From Spirogloea muscicola (taxonomy: Eukaryota): a stretch of 53,598 nt of DNA. Position 1 is the first letter of the stretch; each line of letters starts with the position of its first letter. The position numbers were made by a program, and so were the translations under genes. Shown here one piece after another: positions 11,299-24,349 of the stretch. The stretch covers positions 75,863 to 129,460 of the forward strand of contig WELB01000005.1 in the NCBI GenBank assembly GCA_009602725.1. Reading direction: 5' to 3'. The notes beneath the pieces are model-generated. The model did not search any database. It worked only from the letters and a program-made list of their open reading frames with translations, and was not told the DNA's origin.

Positions 11299-14200
11299 CT
11301 ACCGGACCTGCACGGTTGTCTGTACAGGAGCAATGTGAGTGTTAGGCATCGCATGATTATCAGGTGTCATGTGATTTTGCAGTGGCGCACTTCGCCTAGC
11401 CGGGGGGCTGCTTGCTGGAGCTTTGGGCATGCCCTGCAGCTGCAGTCGACCTGCATTATGGCCATCTGCGTTGCTCACGCTGTCAAAGGACGAAGCCCTT
11501 GGGAGTTGTGCAGCCCGCCTTCCTAGGCTGCCTTTGCTCTGGCCCCTCAATACCTGCACGGGGGCTGCAAATAACATGAGGACATAGCTTCGTGCACAAA
11601 CTTCAAAGAAGGCTCCAAAAAGTAGCATGCAAGATATCAGTGCTCTTCAATAACCAAGAATAGCCAAGTTTACCAAGCAATGTGAACAAGGCGTGGACAC
11701 CTTGGACCATGACATTCTATTGCACGCTTATAGACTTTACGGACTCTAGACGCACCTCAGGTTGATTTGAGTGGCTCCCTGCCTTCTGACGACGATTGCG
11801 GTGTCGTTTGGTTACCACAGTGAAACCATCCCCATCCAAGGACTTCTCTTGGTCTTCAGAAGATACACTGCATGCGCTGCTGCAGTCCTGCTTGTGCCCA
11901 CTGCTTGAACAAGTGCATATCGACATGGTCAGGGGGTAGAATGTACTATGACCCTTATGTCATGCCGGTTCTCATGCAGAGCATCTTAAGAAGAGGCACA
12001 AGACTGCCAAACAAAGCAACAACATCTAACAGGATGCTAGTCTGACGCTTCAAGTTTCTGTGGGCAGCATGTAGAGCTCAATCATTACCACACAAGTACT
12101 GGTGGCTTGTAACAGACAGATAGAGACAGACAGAGTATGACTTCGGGGTTTGCGCTGCACCTGCTGTTGTCACTGTTGTAGGGACTCTCCCCAAGTGCAT
12201 TGTCGCTAGCAGCTGCCGAAATAGAGGGTCGTTCATCAGAGTGAGTAGTGTCCAGCTCAGACTTTACTCGTCGGAGAACCTCGACCCCGTCCATGCTGTC
12301 TGCTGGCAGGGCCCTTTGGGAGGCCATCTCGCCAGCGCCTGACGCCTCCACCCTTGACATACCCAGGCCGTCAGTCTCTGTCCACGATGGTGGCAACTCC
12401 GCACCTAGCAAATCGGTCGTGCAGCCGACGGTTTCAGACGGGTCCACCTCAGGCTGCTGCTTGCTCTCCTCCAGACTGGCCCAGGACTGAATTGCTGGAG
12501 CAATGGTCTGCAAGGTGGGCTGCTTGTCTGCCATATCCATCAGATCACTTGCTGGTGCCTCCACCTGTTTGTCCTGCGAATCAGCTTCGTGGTCTTCTTT
12601 CAACGTCTCACGTCCACTGTCGCCCTGCGGCAAAATTTCAACTGCTTGCCCGAGGCCTGTAGAGATGTCATCAGCTGTCGTTATTGAGGCTCCATCCACC
12701 ACCCCGCTCTCAGCAGTTGCAAGGGCTGCTGCAGGCTTCTCCATCTCATTGCCACTGCTGACCTGCTGGCACACATCGTCGGAGGGTAGTATGTAAATGA
12801 CACAAGTAGGACAGTGATGTAGCAAGACATATGCAGACAACACCCAAACGCTCCATCCCGCCCTCATTGCCATCTCAAAGGCGAGATGCTAATGCTAGAT
12901 ACACCAACTTCAGGCTAAGGCCTGGTCATTTGCCACCATCATCCAGAGTAATTCATCCTCGCGCCCAACAATCCCTCAGAAACCTCTTGTCATGATGATG
13001 TCCATGACTATCTGGCACCTTCACAGAGCTTCGCTGGTCCTCGACTGCTCACCTTTGCTGCCTTGTTAGTCCCTTGTTCCGCGTTAGGGGCCCAAACGCA
13101 ACCAGGTACATATTCGACTGCGTTTGGGTTCATGGAGGCCTGCTTCACTGTAGCTCCAGGCACAAACTCTGCTGCATTGGGGTTCATGAGGGTTGGCGAC
13201 GTTGGTGAGATAGAAGGGCCTGCACGAGGAGCAATCGCCTGAAGATGCTGGAGCTGTGGAGGCGGCCGCTGCATGTAGAGAGGGTAGATTGGAGCTATGG
13301 GCAGCGGGGGCGCATGGAAGGGCCGCATGGGGCCTGACACTTGCGGCCCCATGGCTGGCGGGCTGGCAATCAAGCCGGGCAGGACGTTCGCCGAACCATG
13401 CGGCACCTGCATCACAGGGGGAGCGAATCCAGGCCTGTCCAACCACACAAGCACAGCGAGCAACACGTCAAGGTGCGGTATCTCGAGTGTAATGGCCATT
13501 CCGTTAGCAGCATCATAGACTGCCCGATGAGCACAAGCACAGATCTACAGTTGCACCTTACGCTATGCCCCACCAAATCATGACACTTACCTGCAAAGGG
13601 GCGTGAGTGGCAAAGCTGGGCGCTTGGGCAAGGAACCTTTCGGTCGCACCTGGTCAGAGGATCACACAAACAGGCTTGTGTTTTCACATGGTCAAGGACG
13701 GGATGACCGACTAACCATAAACCAACAGACCACGATGCCAAGAGCACCCAAACAACGTGCAATATGTGCACAACCATACCTGATTGCCATGCGCCCCATA
13801 GGCGAGGTCACCGGAGTGTGGATTGCCTGAGCTGACTGCTGGCTTTAGAGGTGAGATCTCGGCAGACCCTGGAGGTTGGACCGGTGGGACTGTCAAGGGT
13901 TTGAATGGAACAGCGGCAGCCGAGAGCCGCTGCTTCAGCTCCTGTGTGCCCTCCTTTGGCAGTGGGGCTGAGCTCTCTGGTCCCATCACGTCCTCTTTTG
14001 TGTCTTCCACAGGTAGACTGTCCGCAGCTCCTGCAAGCATAGCAGCGCCTGCACTCCTGCTTCGCCACGCTTGGTCCTGCTCCCCGGGCCCACATGTGTC
14101 CTGCCCATCCACTTTGACGTGGCCGTTGCTCGTGCACTCATGAGCAGCGACCGGAGCAGGGAGCTCATTCAGCAGCTTCCGTGCAGCATCCTTGTACGAG

Positions 14201-17200
14201 ATGGCTGATGTAGATCTGGCCAGCTGGCCGGGCAGAGGGGGGTTGGTGATGACGGGGGCTGGAGTAGAGGCCTGTGATCTCTTGAGCTCCAGCCTCTCAG
14301 GGAGCTGCTTTACTGAAGGCAGCTCCTTGTCAGCTGCTGCAAGTGCCAGCATCTCCTTGCCATCAGTACCAGTCCTAGAGGTAGTCTTGGTAGTGCTTGC
14401 CGCTGGGACTGGCAGTGCAACTGCAGGAATGGCTGCTGGGGGCTCCTGCAGCTCACTGACAGTCGCTGACGATTTTGCTGGGGGCTCCTGCAGCTCACTG
14501 ACAGTTGCTGCCGATCTCGTGCTGGCCTTTGCCGCCGGCGGGCTCGCTACCTGAAGGAGCTGATGTGCCACCAGGCTGCTGCTTCTTCGGCGGACATGGT
14601 GCTTGTCACCAGTAGCCAGCCCTGTACTTTTGGCAGTCATTCTTGGACCTGGGCGATCCATCTCGCGAGCGACTACTCGGCCAGGCTGAGGCCGCCGCTG
14701 CTGCCACCTGGAGGAGCTCACGGCGAGCCTGCCAGCGACCGCCATGCCTGACTTTCTGGCAGGTACCGCCTCTTGCCAACCCTCATCGCTGTCGTCCACC
14801 ACCACCATGCTCTGCTCAGTCGCCTCCGCAGGAGACGATGGTGCGGGTCTCACCTGGCCCGCCACAGTCGACTGTTCGTCGGCATTACTGCTGACAGAAG
14901 CCAAAGGGAAGGCCAAGCCAAGAGCAGGCTCAGTGCTTGCATCAGGCACACCATCCTCGTCGCTGGAGCAGGAGGAGATGATGTCCTCGTCCCATGCAGT
15001 CCGCTGCACGACCGGCGGCGCAACTCCTTTGCCACTCCTTGACTGCGACAGAGGTGACAGACCCACACGTCAGCGCCCTTCCTGAGGTTATCCAACATCT
15101 CCCACTACAACCGACTCATGAGTTGGCATGCACTCATAAACACAACTGCTGGAGGTCGTGCTGTACATTAGTCCGACGAGCCTTCTTGCGGGGCTGCTCC
15201 CTCGCCTCTGATATCTCCTTCTTCGCCTCTCCTTCCTTAGCATTTATGAACTCCAGAAGATCGGAGACACTTAGATGCCCCTTGCTAGCAATGCTTGCAT
15301 CCGGCTTGGGAGCCCCGGTCCTTGCTGCCTCCTGCTGCTCAGCGGCCTTGGAGTCAAAGTAATCCAGCCAAGCAGCAGCGTCCTGTCCAAATCCATCGAC
15401 AAAACGTCCAAATGGTGGAAATGAGGAGCTGCAGTAGACAACAAGCACCTCTGAAACTGCCAACCAACCATTGCAAGGCCTCCAACAGCGTCTCATAATC
15501 ACTTCTGATTAAGGTCAAGTGCGCAGGATAACCTGGGTCCTAAGGTCGTCTGGCCCCAACTTGGTCTGTAAAATCTTCAGGGTGGTTTGCTCATGCTGTA
15601 CTGACAGCGTGTACGCGTCCATAAGGGATAGAGCAATTGCGATTGCGTGGTAACTAGCAGCAGTCTGCCATCACCCACTCCATGAGCAAATCATTGCAAG
15701 TCGTTTTGTTGCAGTTCAGTCTCAAAAAAATTGCTCTTGAAAAGGTTTGCAAGATGAGATTTCAAAACACGTAATGTGTTATTGCAAAGGCATGCTAATG
15801 CTGGCCTACACAATTCCCTTCAATTACATGACCTGGAACAAGTACGCACCTGAATGTGATCGGGCCCCAACAGCCTCTGATTGCACTTGAGAGCCTCGTG
15901 AAGATACCGAAGAGCCACATGGACATTCCCCAGTCCTTCCTCCATCATTGCAACATTGATGTATGTAGCAGCTGTGTTGGGATGTGCAGGCCCACATGTA
16001 AGATGCAGTAAGTACAGAGCCCTGTGCACATACCTGCATCCAGGTAGTTAGAAGGCACGTGTAAGTTTTTGACAGCACCACAACCAGCATAGTACAGAAA
16101 GATAGTCTGATACATTGTCATGGCAGCTCTGAACACTCCACAGCAAGGAATGCAGAGCCTCCAAGAGCCAGCTCTCAGTTTGACATAGCAACCCAGGATG
16201 GGCAGCAAACAGATACACATAGCCGGTATGATGGGACTACGTTAAAACTCTGAGTAGATTAATCATGACTGGACAATTAGATCAGATATTGCACAGGACA
16301 GTGCGAACATGGAAGCTTATATACTTGAGGGCAAGCTCCGTGTGCTGGAGGCGATAGTAAAAAACAGCAAGGTCACCATAGCTCTTCATTGTATCTGGAT
16401 GGTCCAAACCCAGCTCCCTCTCATTTATGTCCAACGCTTTCTGCTGGTAGATCATAGCCTGCAGCAGCACAAGGACGCACCACAAGCAACAGCCTAGATC
16501 TGTGAGCAACTAATCTGCTTGTAGAAGCACCAATTCAAGTGAGCTTGAGCGAGGGGCAAATGCACACATCAATGCTATGTAGTCCACACCAGAAACAGGA
16601 TTGCGCAACCACCATCACTGTCTCCGCTTACGTCGATGGACGCTTTTCTTGTGAGCAACTCTATAAACTCACCTGATTGAAATCACCAGTGTGGTACAGG
16701 ACAACAGCTAAGAGGCTGTAGGCGCCTGCTGTCATCCGGTGATAAGGTCCACAGACTGCAATGAGCCTTGCCAGTGCCTATGCAAGGACAGCCCAAACAA
16801 GCAACTTTTGAGCAACATCATGCAGATGCTAATGTAAGATGCTGTTCAGCAAGTTCTGCACTGCTTCATAGTCTGACCTTCATAATCTGACCTATCAGAG
16901 TAAAGCAAATGGATCATGTTAGCAACGGTGTCAAGTCACGAGCTCCTCACACAACTAGCTATAACCAAAGGGAGTACAGAAGTAAGACTTCCAACCTTGG
17001 TGCCAAACGACACGGCATCATCAAGCTTTCCCTTATCCAATGCCGTCTTTGACGACTCAAGCAGCGAACGTCCATCTGCTGAAGTGCACGCAACATGCTG
17101 AAACAAGCAGCAACAAGGGAGGAGGCTGACATTCAGGGCACACACCACATAAGATCGACTCCTCGTTACACCGCCAAGAAGCACAAGTAGAAGCATGTGT

Positions 17201-20200
17201 GCTGCCCTGCCTGTGGCTGCACATGATGGACTTGAGGCCCAGTCTACAACAGAATGATGTTTTGCGTTGTAGCTGCCATGTGTAATAGAAGATTGCAGAG
17301 GCAGCCAATTGTTGACACCTTGAAGACAGGAAACATGCTGATGATGTCTATACTCCTGAATGGTGTTGACGTGCCAAAGTCAAAGTCTCTTGCAGCAACC
17401 TCAATCCCCATCTGTACAAAATGACAGATTCACATAAAGCTTAGATGGGCCATGGAGCAACTCCTTTAAAAGGATATCAAAAGGTGACAGAAGAAGAAGA
17501 CAGCTGCTGTGTAGCACTCATAAGGCACAAATATCGTTGCCGGAGCTTTGCCACGCTGAGAATGATGACCTTGCCTGCTTTGCTCTGCATGCAACGTCAG
17601 ATCTTACCTTGTGGCATAGGCTGCGGAGGAGGAACACCTTCCGCAAGCCCTCGCGAGTGCCAGGCTGCATTGTCCACCCAAACCTGTTCTGTGTGTAAGC
17701 CTCCACCCACGTCCACACCAGGCTGTGCAGCTTAGCAAATGAGCCGACACGTTTGTCCATCGCCTGCTCCCCTCGGCTAGGCTCTCCCAACATGACGTTG
17801 AAAGATGATGCAATGACGTCCGCGATGGTCAGGTGCTTCTGTTGGGCAGAGGCAATGGAAGCCTGCAGGACTTGCTTGAAAGCTCTGGCCACCATCTCGT
17901 GCACGCACAAGCAGCGGACATGTGACAACTTGTCCGACAGCTCCGCCTGCAGAATGTCATACAACATTGTGATATTGTAACAAAGCATGTCAACATAAAT
18001 AATTAATCAAGGATTGCATGACAGGTCATGGTGCCACTGCAGCTGCTAATACTTATATCCCTCCATGAACAAGCAAATTCATTGCAGCACACATCGATTA
18101 GCATTGCTCAAGGTACTTACCACTCTTCCAAGAGAGCGCATCCGAAGGCCCCTGGTGTGCATGAAGTCGGTCAGCGTACGCCCATCGACTGGTGACAGCT
18201 CAAGTGACCCAAAGTCGGCCACCTATTGCAGATCGTCACAGCAGCGCAGAAACATGAGATTTCAGCAGTCAGGTCAGTCTCTATAACCAACAGCCAGGCA
18301 CAAGGTGTAAGTACATCAACAATAATCACTTAATCTAGAAAGGCAACACCAGGAGCATCTGTGCAATCTACCAACCCTCAAGCTCACCAATTTGGAGACA
18401 GCTGTCTCGTTGTAGTAGGAGACTGCCCCATCAACAAGTTCACTCATACTCTGCAAATGTGCAAGCAGACAGTAAGTAGGAAGTCATGCAGTCTGCGGAT
18501 CATTGCATGAAACAGTACGACCATCTCTATAAGAAGGCTTGGTCAATAAGCAACGCCATTATGCACCTAGCTTTCCCAGATGTACCGTGGGGAAGCCTAA
18601 GCCTGCACATGCACTTACTTTCAAGTGGAGGCCTGTCTTTGACTGCTCGAGTCGCTTGTAGTCTGCAGCACTTAGCTTCTCAATCAACTCCAGCTGGCTC
18701 TTTGAACAATCTGTGTCCTGCTCCCCAGCTTGCTCTGCCTCCTGGTCCATCTGATCGCTTGCAGCACCTAAGCTCTCCTCACAATCTGCTTGGCCCTCTT
18801 TGACAGCCGACGGCTGCAGGCTCTGCAACCAGCAGGCCCCAAGCTCCCACCTCATATACGCATCATCGACCTTGACCTCATCACACAGATTCTGTAAGCT
18901 CTCTTCCACAACGGAGAGTACATGCGCGCCTGCAACTTCGTCCTCTTTGTCCTCCTTTGTGTTGCTCAACCCCATGCTCTGTTGCAGCACTGGAGCAGAG
19001 TGCAACAACCTTCGCAAACTGCAGGCTAATACCACAATGTCAGCCCCTCCTCTTCTGATGATAGGACACACTTTAGAATGCTTACTACCAACACAGGCTG
19101 CTCTGAAGAAGTAGGCACAGGGCCTGCTGATATACCCTGCATGACTTCACTACCAAGCACGAAGGCAAGAGCCATGACACACACCTGTTAGCATTCAAAG
19201 CATTGGCCCCTCCATCAGGCTGGCTTTCAATGTCAATATCCGCTGGCAGCTGATCATCACAACCGACAGTTGACAATGGTTGCTGATTGCAACCACTGAC
19301 GCCATCAACCCCCAGCTCATTTGAAGCTGGGATGCTTTGGGCAGTAGCATCGAGATGGTTGGCATCAGAATCGCCTCGCCCCTGTACCCTGGCACAATAA
19401 CCTCGGTGATGGACAAGGACCGTGCCAAGAGAAGCCAAATCCTGCGTCGTCAAGAAGGGCAAGGACCACAGGGCCTGTCATGAAGAGGCAGCAAAGCAGA
19501 TACCTCTGGCATCCTCCCATTGAGGTCAACACATCGTTTCTACAAGTCCATATTACTTACATGTATGGCAGTGCTTTCATCTGCGGTGATGCCTTTGAGA
19601 AGGTTCTTCTCGGCTATGCTTTCCCTTGAAAGCTCCTCATCAGGTCCAATGTCTAATTTGTTCCTATCTCGGCATGCTGCATCACTGGAACTCAGTGCAA
19701 TGTGTATTTCGAGGTTGTCTTGTCTGAGCAACAAATCTGCAGCCAGTGGAGAGACACTGTTATTCGAAAATTGGTCATCAAATGTAATTCACAAGTCCAC
19801 GTATGCTTCAGACAGAAAGATCCAGCCCTGTGCACAATCTCTGTCGGCGAAAATGCTCAGTCACAAAAGGACGTCGAGAATCGGGTGTGGAAGTGCTGGG
19901 TAAGAGAAAGAACAAAAATCGCTAGCCACGGAGCCTCCCAGGTCAAAAGAGCAATCAAGATGATAATCTGCTCACCTCCACCCTCGTCAGCAGCAGCATC
20001 AATAGCTCGAGTTGCTCGCTGAATAGCTGTGTCCACGAAAAGTGAGTGGAGTAAGAAAGCCTTTCGGTCCCTCACTAGCCGCTCTTCCTGCGTCTTGCAT
20101 GCCATCCAGGACAAGATCTGGAAGTCCCGGATCCAAAGCCTGGTGACGCAGCAGGTAAGCAAGTCAAGGCTGGGAAGACAAGCCCCTGCAAGTCTATGCT

Positions 20201-23200
20201 GTAACAACTTTCCTTGACTGTTTGCTATTAGCTGCAAGTCACGTACTAGTACCACTTAAGCTGCTCATGATTATTCCTCTTAAAGCTGACCCTTGCAACC
20301 CTCACAAATGAAAAAAAACGAAATCCGCATAGGTCAAATCGTGTGACAAAGACCTGGCTGGTGCAGCTCCTTCGCATCCCTGCCCTCCTCCATTGCCGCC
20401 CCAGGAAGGGTTCTCCATAGGAAGCGGTGGGAAGGAAGCAGGCTGTGTTGAAGCTTGTGGCGGCACCACCCAAGTATTACTCCGAAAACCATAGGGGAGG
20501 TTGCCAAACTGCTCAATGATACCCACCACAGATCAGTCACTCTCGCTTCAGCCATCAGGTCGGCCATCGATGAGCATATTTGGTGTAGGCGACATTGAGG
20601 CATATGCTAAAGGAAAGGTTGCATGCGGCAGCGCACTCAGCTATGCAATATGACTGCACACATCACCCACCCTGTTTCTGATTGTGAAGTCTTCCATGAG
20701 TTCCTTGTAAGCCTGTCAAACACGAAGGTCGCACAGGAAAGTCTGAGCAGGTCAAGGTCTACATTTTTTACCCGCACAAGCCCGGCCAACAGTGATTGTA
20801 CAGATAGAAGTGTCCAAGTCTTTGCTGAAAAATTACAGGCAGTATCACAACCTATGAAAGGAAGATGCGCCTTCAGTGGCCATCCACTCTCAAGATCCGT
20901 TCATCCACAGGTTTTGGGTACATCCAGAGACAACCATTTGACAATTGCTGGGCCCCTACCTAGGATGCATCGATGGCAAGCTCCTCAAATTCAACAGACT
21001 CACCCTTGCAAAGGCCTGACTAAGACGAAGTAATAGCTGCAAAAGACTTCTCTCCATGACAGTGGCCTTTGAGCCAGCAGAGAAACCAAACTTGGTTGCA
21101 GTGACTATCAAGAGTTTGCCACCGCAAAGCTTGACCTGGATGACAAAGCAGACATGCTTAGACTCAGCTGATTGTACCTCGTTACAGCCTTAGATCTGCA
21201 AAACAGGATGTCAAGGAAGCAAGCCCTGTGCATGACGTATTCTTACGTCGAAGCTGTGAAGATCTCCAACAGCCCTTTGACTGGTTGATGGCTGCTTGGC
21301 CGATCTCCGTATGACTGCACCAATCAAGAGAATTCAGTGAGCTTCCAATTCGGTGAGTAAACGCTCAATTGTGATTTTAGCCTTGCACAAGCCCACACAC
21401 ACTAGCCCAAGCTATGAGCAGACTACCGACGTCACCCTGAGTTTATTACCACAAAGTGCCTGGTAAGCAATCCACAAGTTCAAAAGCGTTAGGAAGTGCC
21501 TGACTCACATTGAATCGGGGGTGTAAGATGTCCAGCCGACAGAAATTCATAAAACTGTCCTAGCTTAGAAGGGGGATACATGCCGGTCATGTCCCCCTTT
21601 TCTGTGGCTGCAGCAGCAGCCGCCATAGCAGCAGCCGCCTCATTCTTGCCTCGGACAGGCCCCTCCAAAACTGCTCCAGCCACCTGCTTCTCAGATAGTG
21701 GGTTCCCCTTCTCAATGAGAGCTCCAGAGACAACCTCCGCAGCTGCATTGCTGCTTCCAGAGTCTGTGGACTGCTCACGGTCATCATGCCGTGAGCCCTC
21801 CCCTTCCTTAGCCTCTTCCTCCTCCCTCTGCTTGCTGGATTGCCCAAATGCAACTGTGGTTGCACATATATCCAGCAGCCTCCTGACGTGAGCTATAGCT
21901 GCCAACTCTGTGTAGTCCTCTGCAGATAGGATCCAGTGTCAACCACAGGCAACGATGACTATATTTGTCACTCATGCTATAGCAGCAACTTTTTCACATT
22001 CCAAGACATGAGCATGATTGCACAAGAAGCTTCTGCTTCGCTGCACAACAGCAGGCCTACCTTCGACAACGTCAAGGACGCAGGGTTTGAGGGCCGTGAC
22101 CTCCAGCGTGTCCGCCAGCTGCCGACCTTTCACCTGGAACAGGATACCCCAGAACCAAAAGTATATTTCAAATTCCAGTGTTACAGCTGACAAGCTTAAG
22201 AAGCTTTTACCTCTAGGCGCTATCCCACATGGACACTTTCACACGGGCACGACACAGACACGCATCCAGTGGGCTAGCCTATCTTTCCACCAAGGCTGGC
22301 CTGCTTCACAATCTGACACCATCCCCTCAGTCACAAGCCCCAGTCACTTCTCAGCCTGGACTCTGAAGGAGTCTCCAGCTTGCCCGCTCTTTCTACCTGA
22401 CCCTCACATCAACCCTAAACCCTTCCACAGCCTGGACGATGCTGCTCCCATCTGCTCCTCTGCACCTGGTCCTGAGCCTGACTTGCTTGGTATTACCGAA
22501 TGAACACTGGGAAACAAGCCAGAAATATAAGGCTCTGGAAAGACTCCCTGTTTCCTGACTGTCACCAACAAAGGCTGAAACCTTCCACGCATGCCAAACA
22601 GCTCTGTCCTCCGTCCCATCCTCCTCTCCACAACCTGCTCAGAGTGGTTACTAGCCTGCGACTCGGAGGTGTGGAGCTTGCACCTACCTCATGTGCGAGC
22701 GAGTAGTGGGTGAGATGGCAAGCCTCCACGTGCACAGCCAAGAGCCGCTTGACGTCCAGGATCCGGTCCGTTGATATGCCCTGGCAAGCGAACAAAATTG
22801 ATGGCTTCTAAGCACTCAATTGCTCGAGCTCGCCATCAAGCGAGTCAGCCTACATTGACTTAAGAGCTCAAGCTGCTGCACAAGCAACCACTGTAAGTGG
22901 GGTTCACATGCTCTGAAATTCCCACAGACAATTGCTCATGCCTGCCAAGCAACGGCAGAAAGCGCCCGCACGAGGGGTATGGGGGTGAGGAAAAAGATGG
23001 TGGGGGAAGGTGGGTATAAAGGTGGGCTTATATTGGGGCGGGGGGGAGGGGGGGGGGGGGAGGGATGTGGGGCATCCGAAGATGGGGGGTTGGGGGACGG
23101 GGTCTTGGGTCTGTGTCGAAGGCTGGTTGGGCGCTGACCTTCAACAAGACCTGCTTGTGGCCAGGCAGGTTGACATTGATCTCCAGAGTGGCGGGAAGAG

Positions 23201-23624
23201 CTGGGCACGCACTCGCACACAATGTAGAAGGGTCAACAATGCCGCCGTGGCTCGAGCTGGCGACAATGAGCCAGGAATTTGAGGGCATCTGCATGCTTTG
23301 GCCGCAGAAGAGGCGTCGCAAGCAGAAGCCCTGCACCTGCGACACGACTACAGATAGCAACAGTCGCTCGAGGCGAAGCTCTGGCCGAAAGGCTAGGATA
23401 GAGGCTGTCAAGCCCTGGTCGGTGTCAAGCACAATGCATCCCGAATTCGGGTCGTTGCATGCGAATTGCTCGCTGTTGGAGCCAGATCTACCGTAGCCCG
23501 CAGCGACCCGGACATCGAACCGTGATNGGGGGGGAAGGGGGAGAATCGTACGCCGCTCCTCCTTCTTGCGGCGCTCGCTGCGCCCGCGGTGGTGCCCGCG
23601 GCCCTTGGCGACGCGCGGCGCCAT
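11299..23624 (-). CDS. REC2: REDUCED CHLOROPLAST COVERAGE / TSS-like CLU-family TPR protein (REC2-like), ~29 exons
   Basis: Exons: 23552-23624, 23139-23200, 22688-22780, 22061-22133, 21509-21919, 21247-21314, 21004-21135, 20671-20712, 20354-20508, 19976-20139, 19561-19736, 19185-19441, 18619-19018, 18388-18450, 18121-18222, 17608-17946, 17319-17411, 16996-17097, 16673-16777, 16325-16458, 15850-16033, 15533-15664, 15167-15382, ~13812-15042 (donor uncertain), 13591-13649, 13053-13406, 12161-12762, 11756-11900, 11299-11553. Motifs: [73 protein letters not shown] repeats ([18 protein letters not shown]), [19 protein letters not shown]. The REC2 paralogue call rests on C-terminal motifs recalled from land plants. 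Confidence 0.92.
14434..14510. repeat. In-frame tandem duplication (period 42 bp) in a REC exon
   Basis: tgctgggggctcctgcagctcactgacagt(c/t)gctg at 14434 and 14476; encodes [11 protein letters not shown] twice. Confidence 0.9.
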
Positions 23625-24349
23625 GGCGGACGCCGCCGCCGCCGCGACGACAGGCCCAGCCGAGGGAGCGGCGAGGATAGCCCGCCGCGGCTGCTGGCTG
23701 GTCGGGCAGCTGGGGGAGGGGGGGGGCCAGCTGCAGCTCGCCAGCCCCGTGAAATCCGGAGGCCGCCGATGGAATGCATCGGTCGGCCAAAAAAGTATCC
23801 ACGCGGTAGAATCGGACGGCGCGGCTGCGGCCGCGTAGGCCGGCCCCGGCGGCTCCCTGTCGCGGATAAGCGGATAGGCAGGCCGCGCGTGGCCTGCCAT
23901 AATTGGCCGCGCGGCGGGAGCCGACCGCGGGACCGTGGCCAGCCACGTGGCGCACCGGGAAGCCCGCCGCCTGGACCGCAAGCCGTCCGCCGGATCGCTC
24001 CATCGGACGCACGGGGACTCCCCCACGTCGCGCGGGGGCCGGCGCCCGCCCAACTTTCGCCCGCACGTGCGCCCTGCGGCAGCGGCTGGCACGGGGGGCC
24101 GATGTGGGGAGAGCTTCCGCCGCTGCTCCCGATCCGGCCACCTCGCCGCCAGCATGCGGCCCCCCCCCCACCGCCTTGTCCCATCAACCTGTCGCCCTCG
24201 CGACGGCGCCCGCGGCCCCCCCCCCCTGCTCCCCCGGCCTTCATTCGCCTTCCGCTTCCTTCCTTTTGTCCTGCTTCCTACGCCATCCGGCCCTTCAAGC
24301 CACAAGTCTCACAGCCCTTGCGGTAGATAGGACGAGCTGTACTCTGTCC

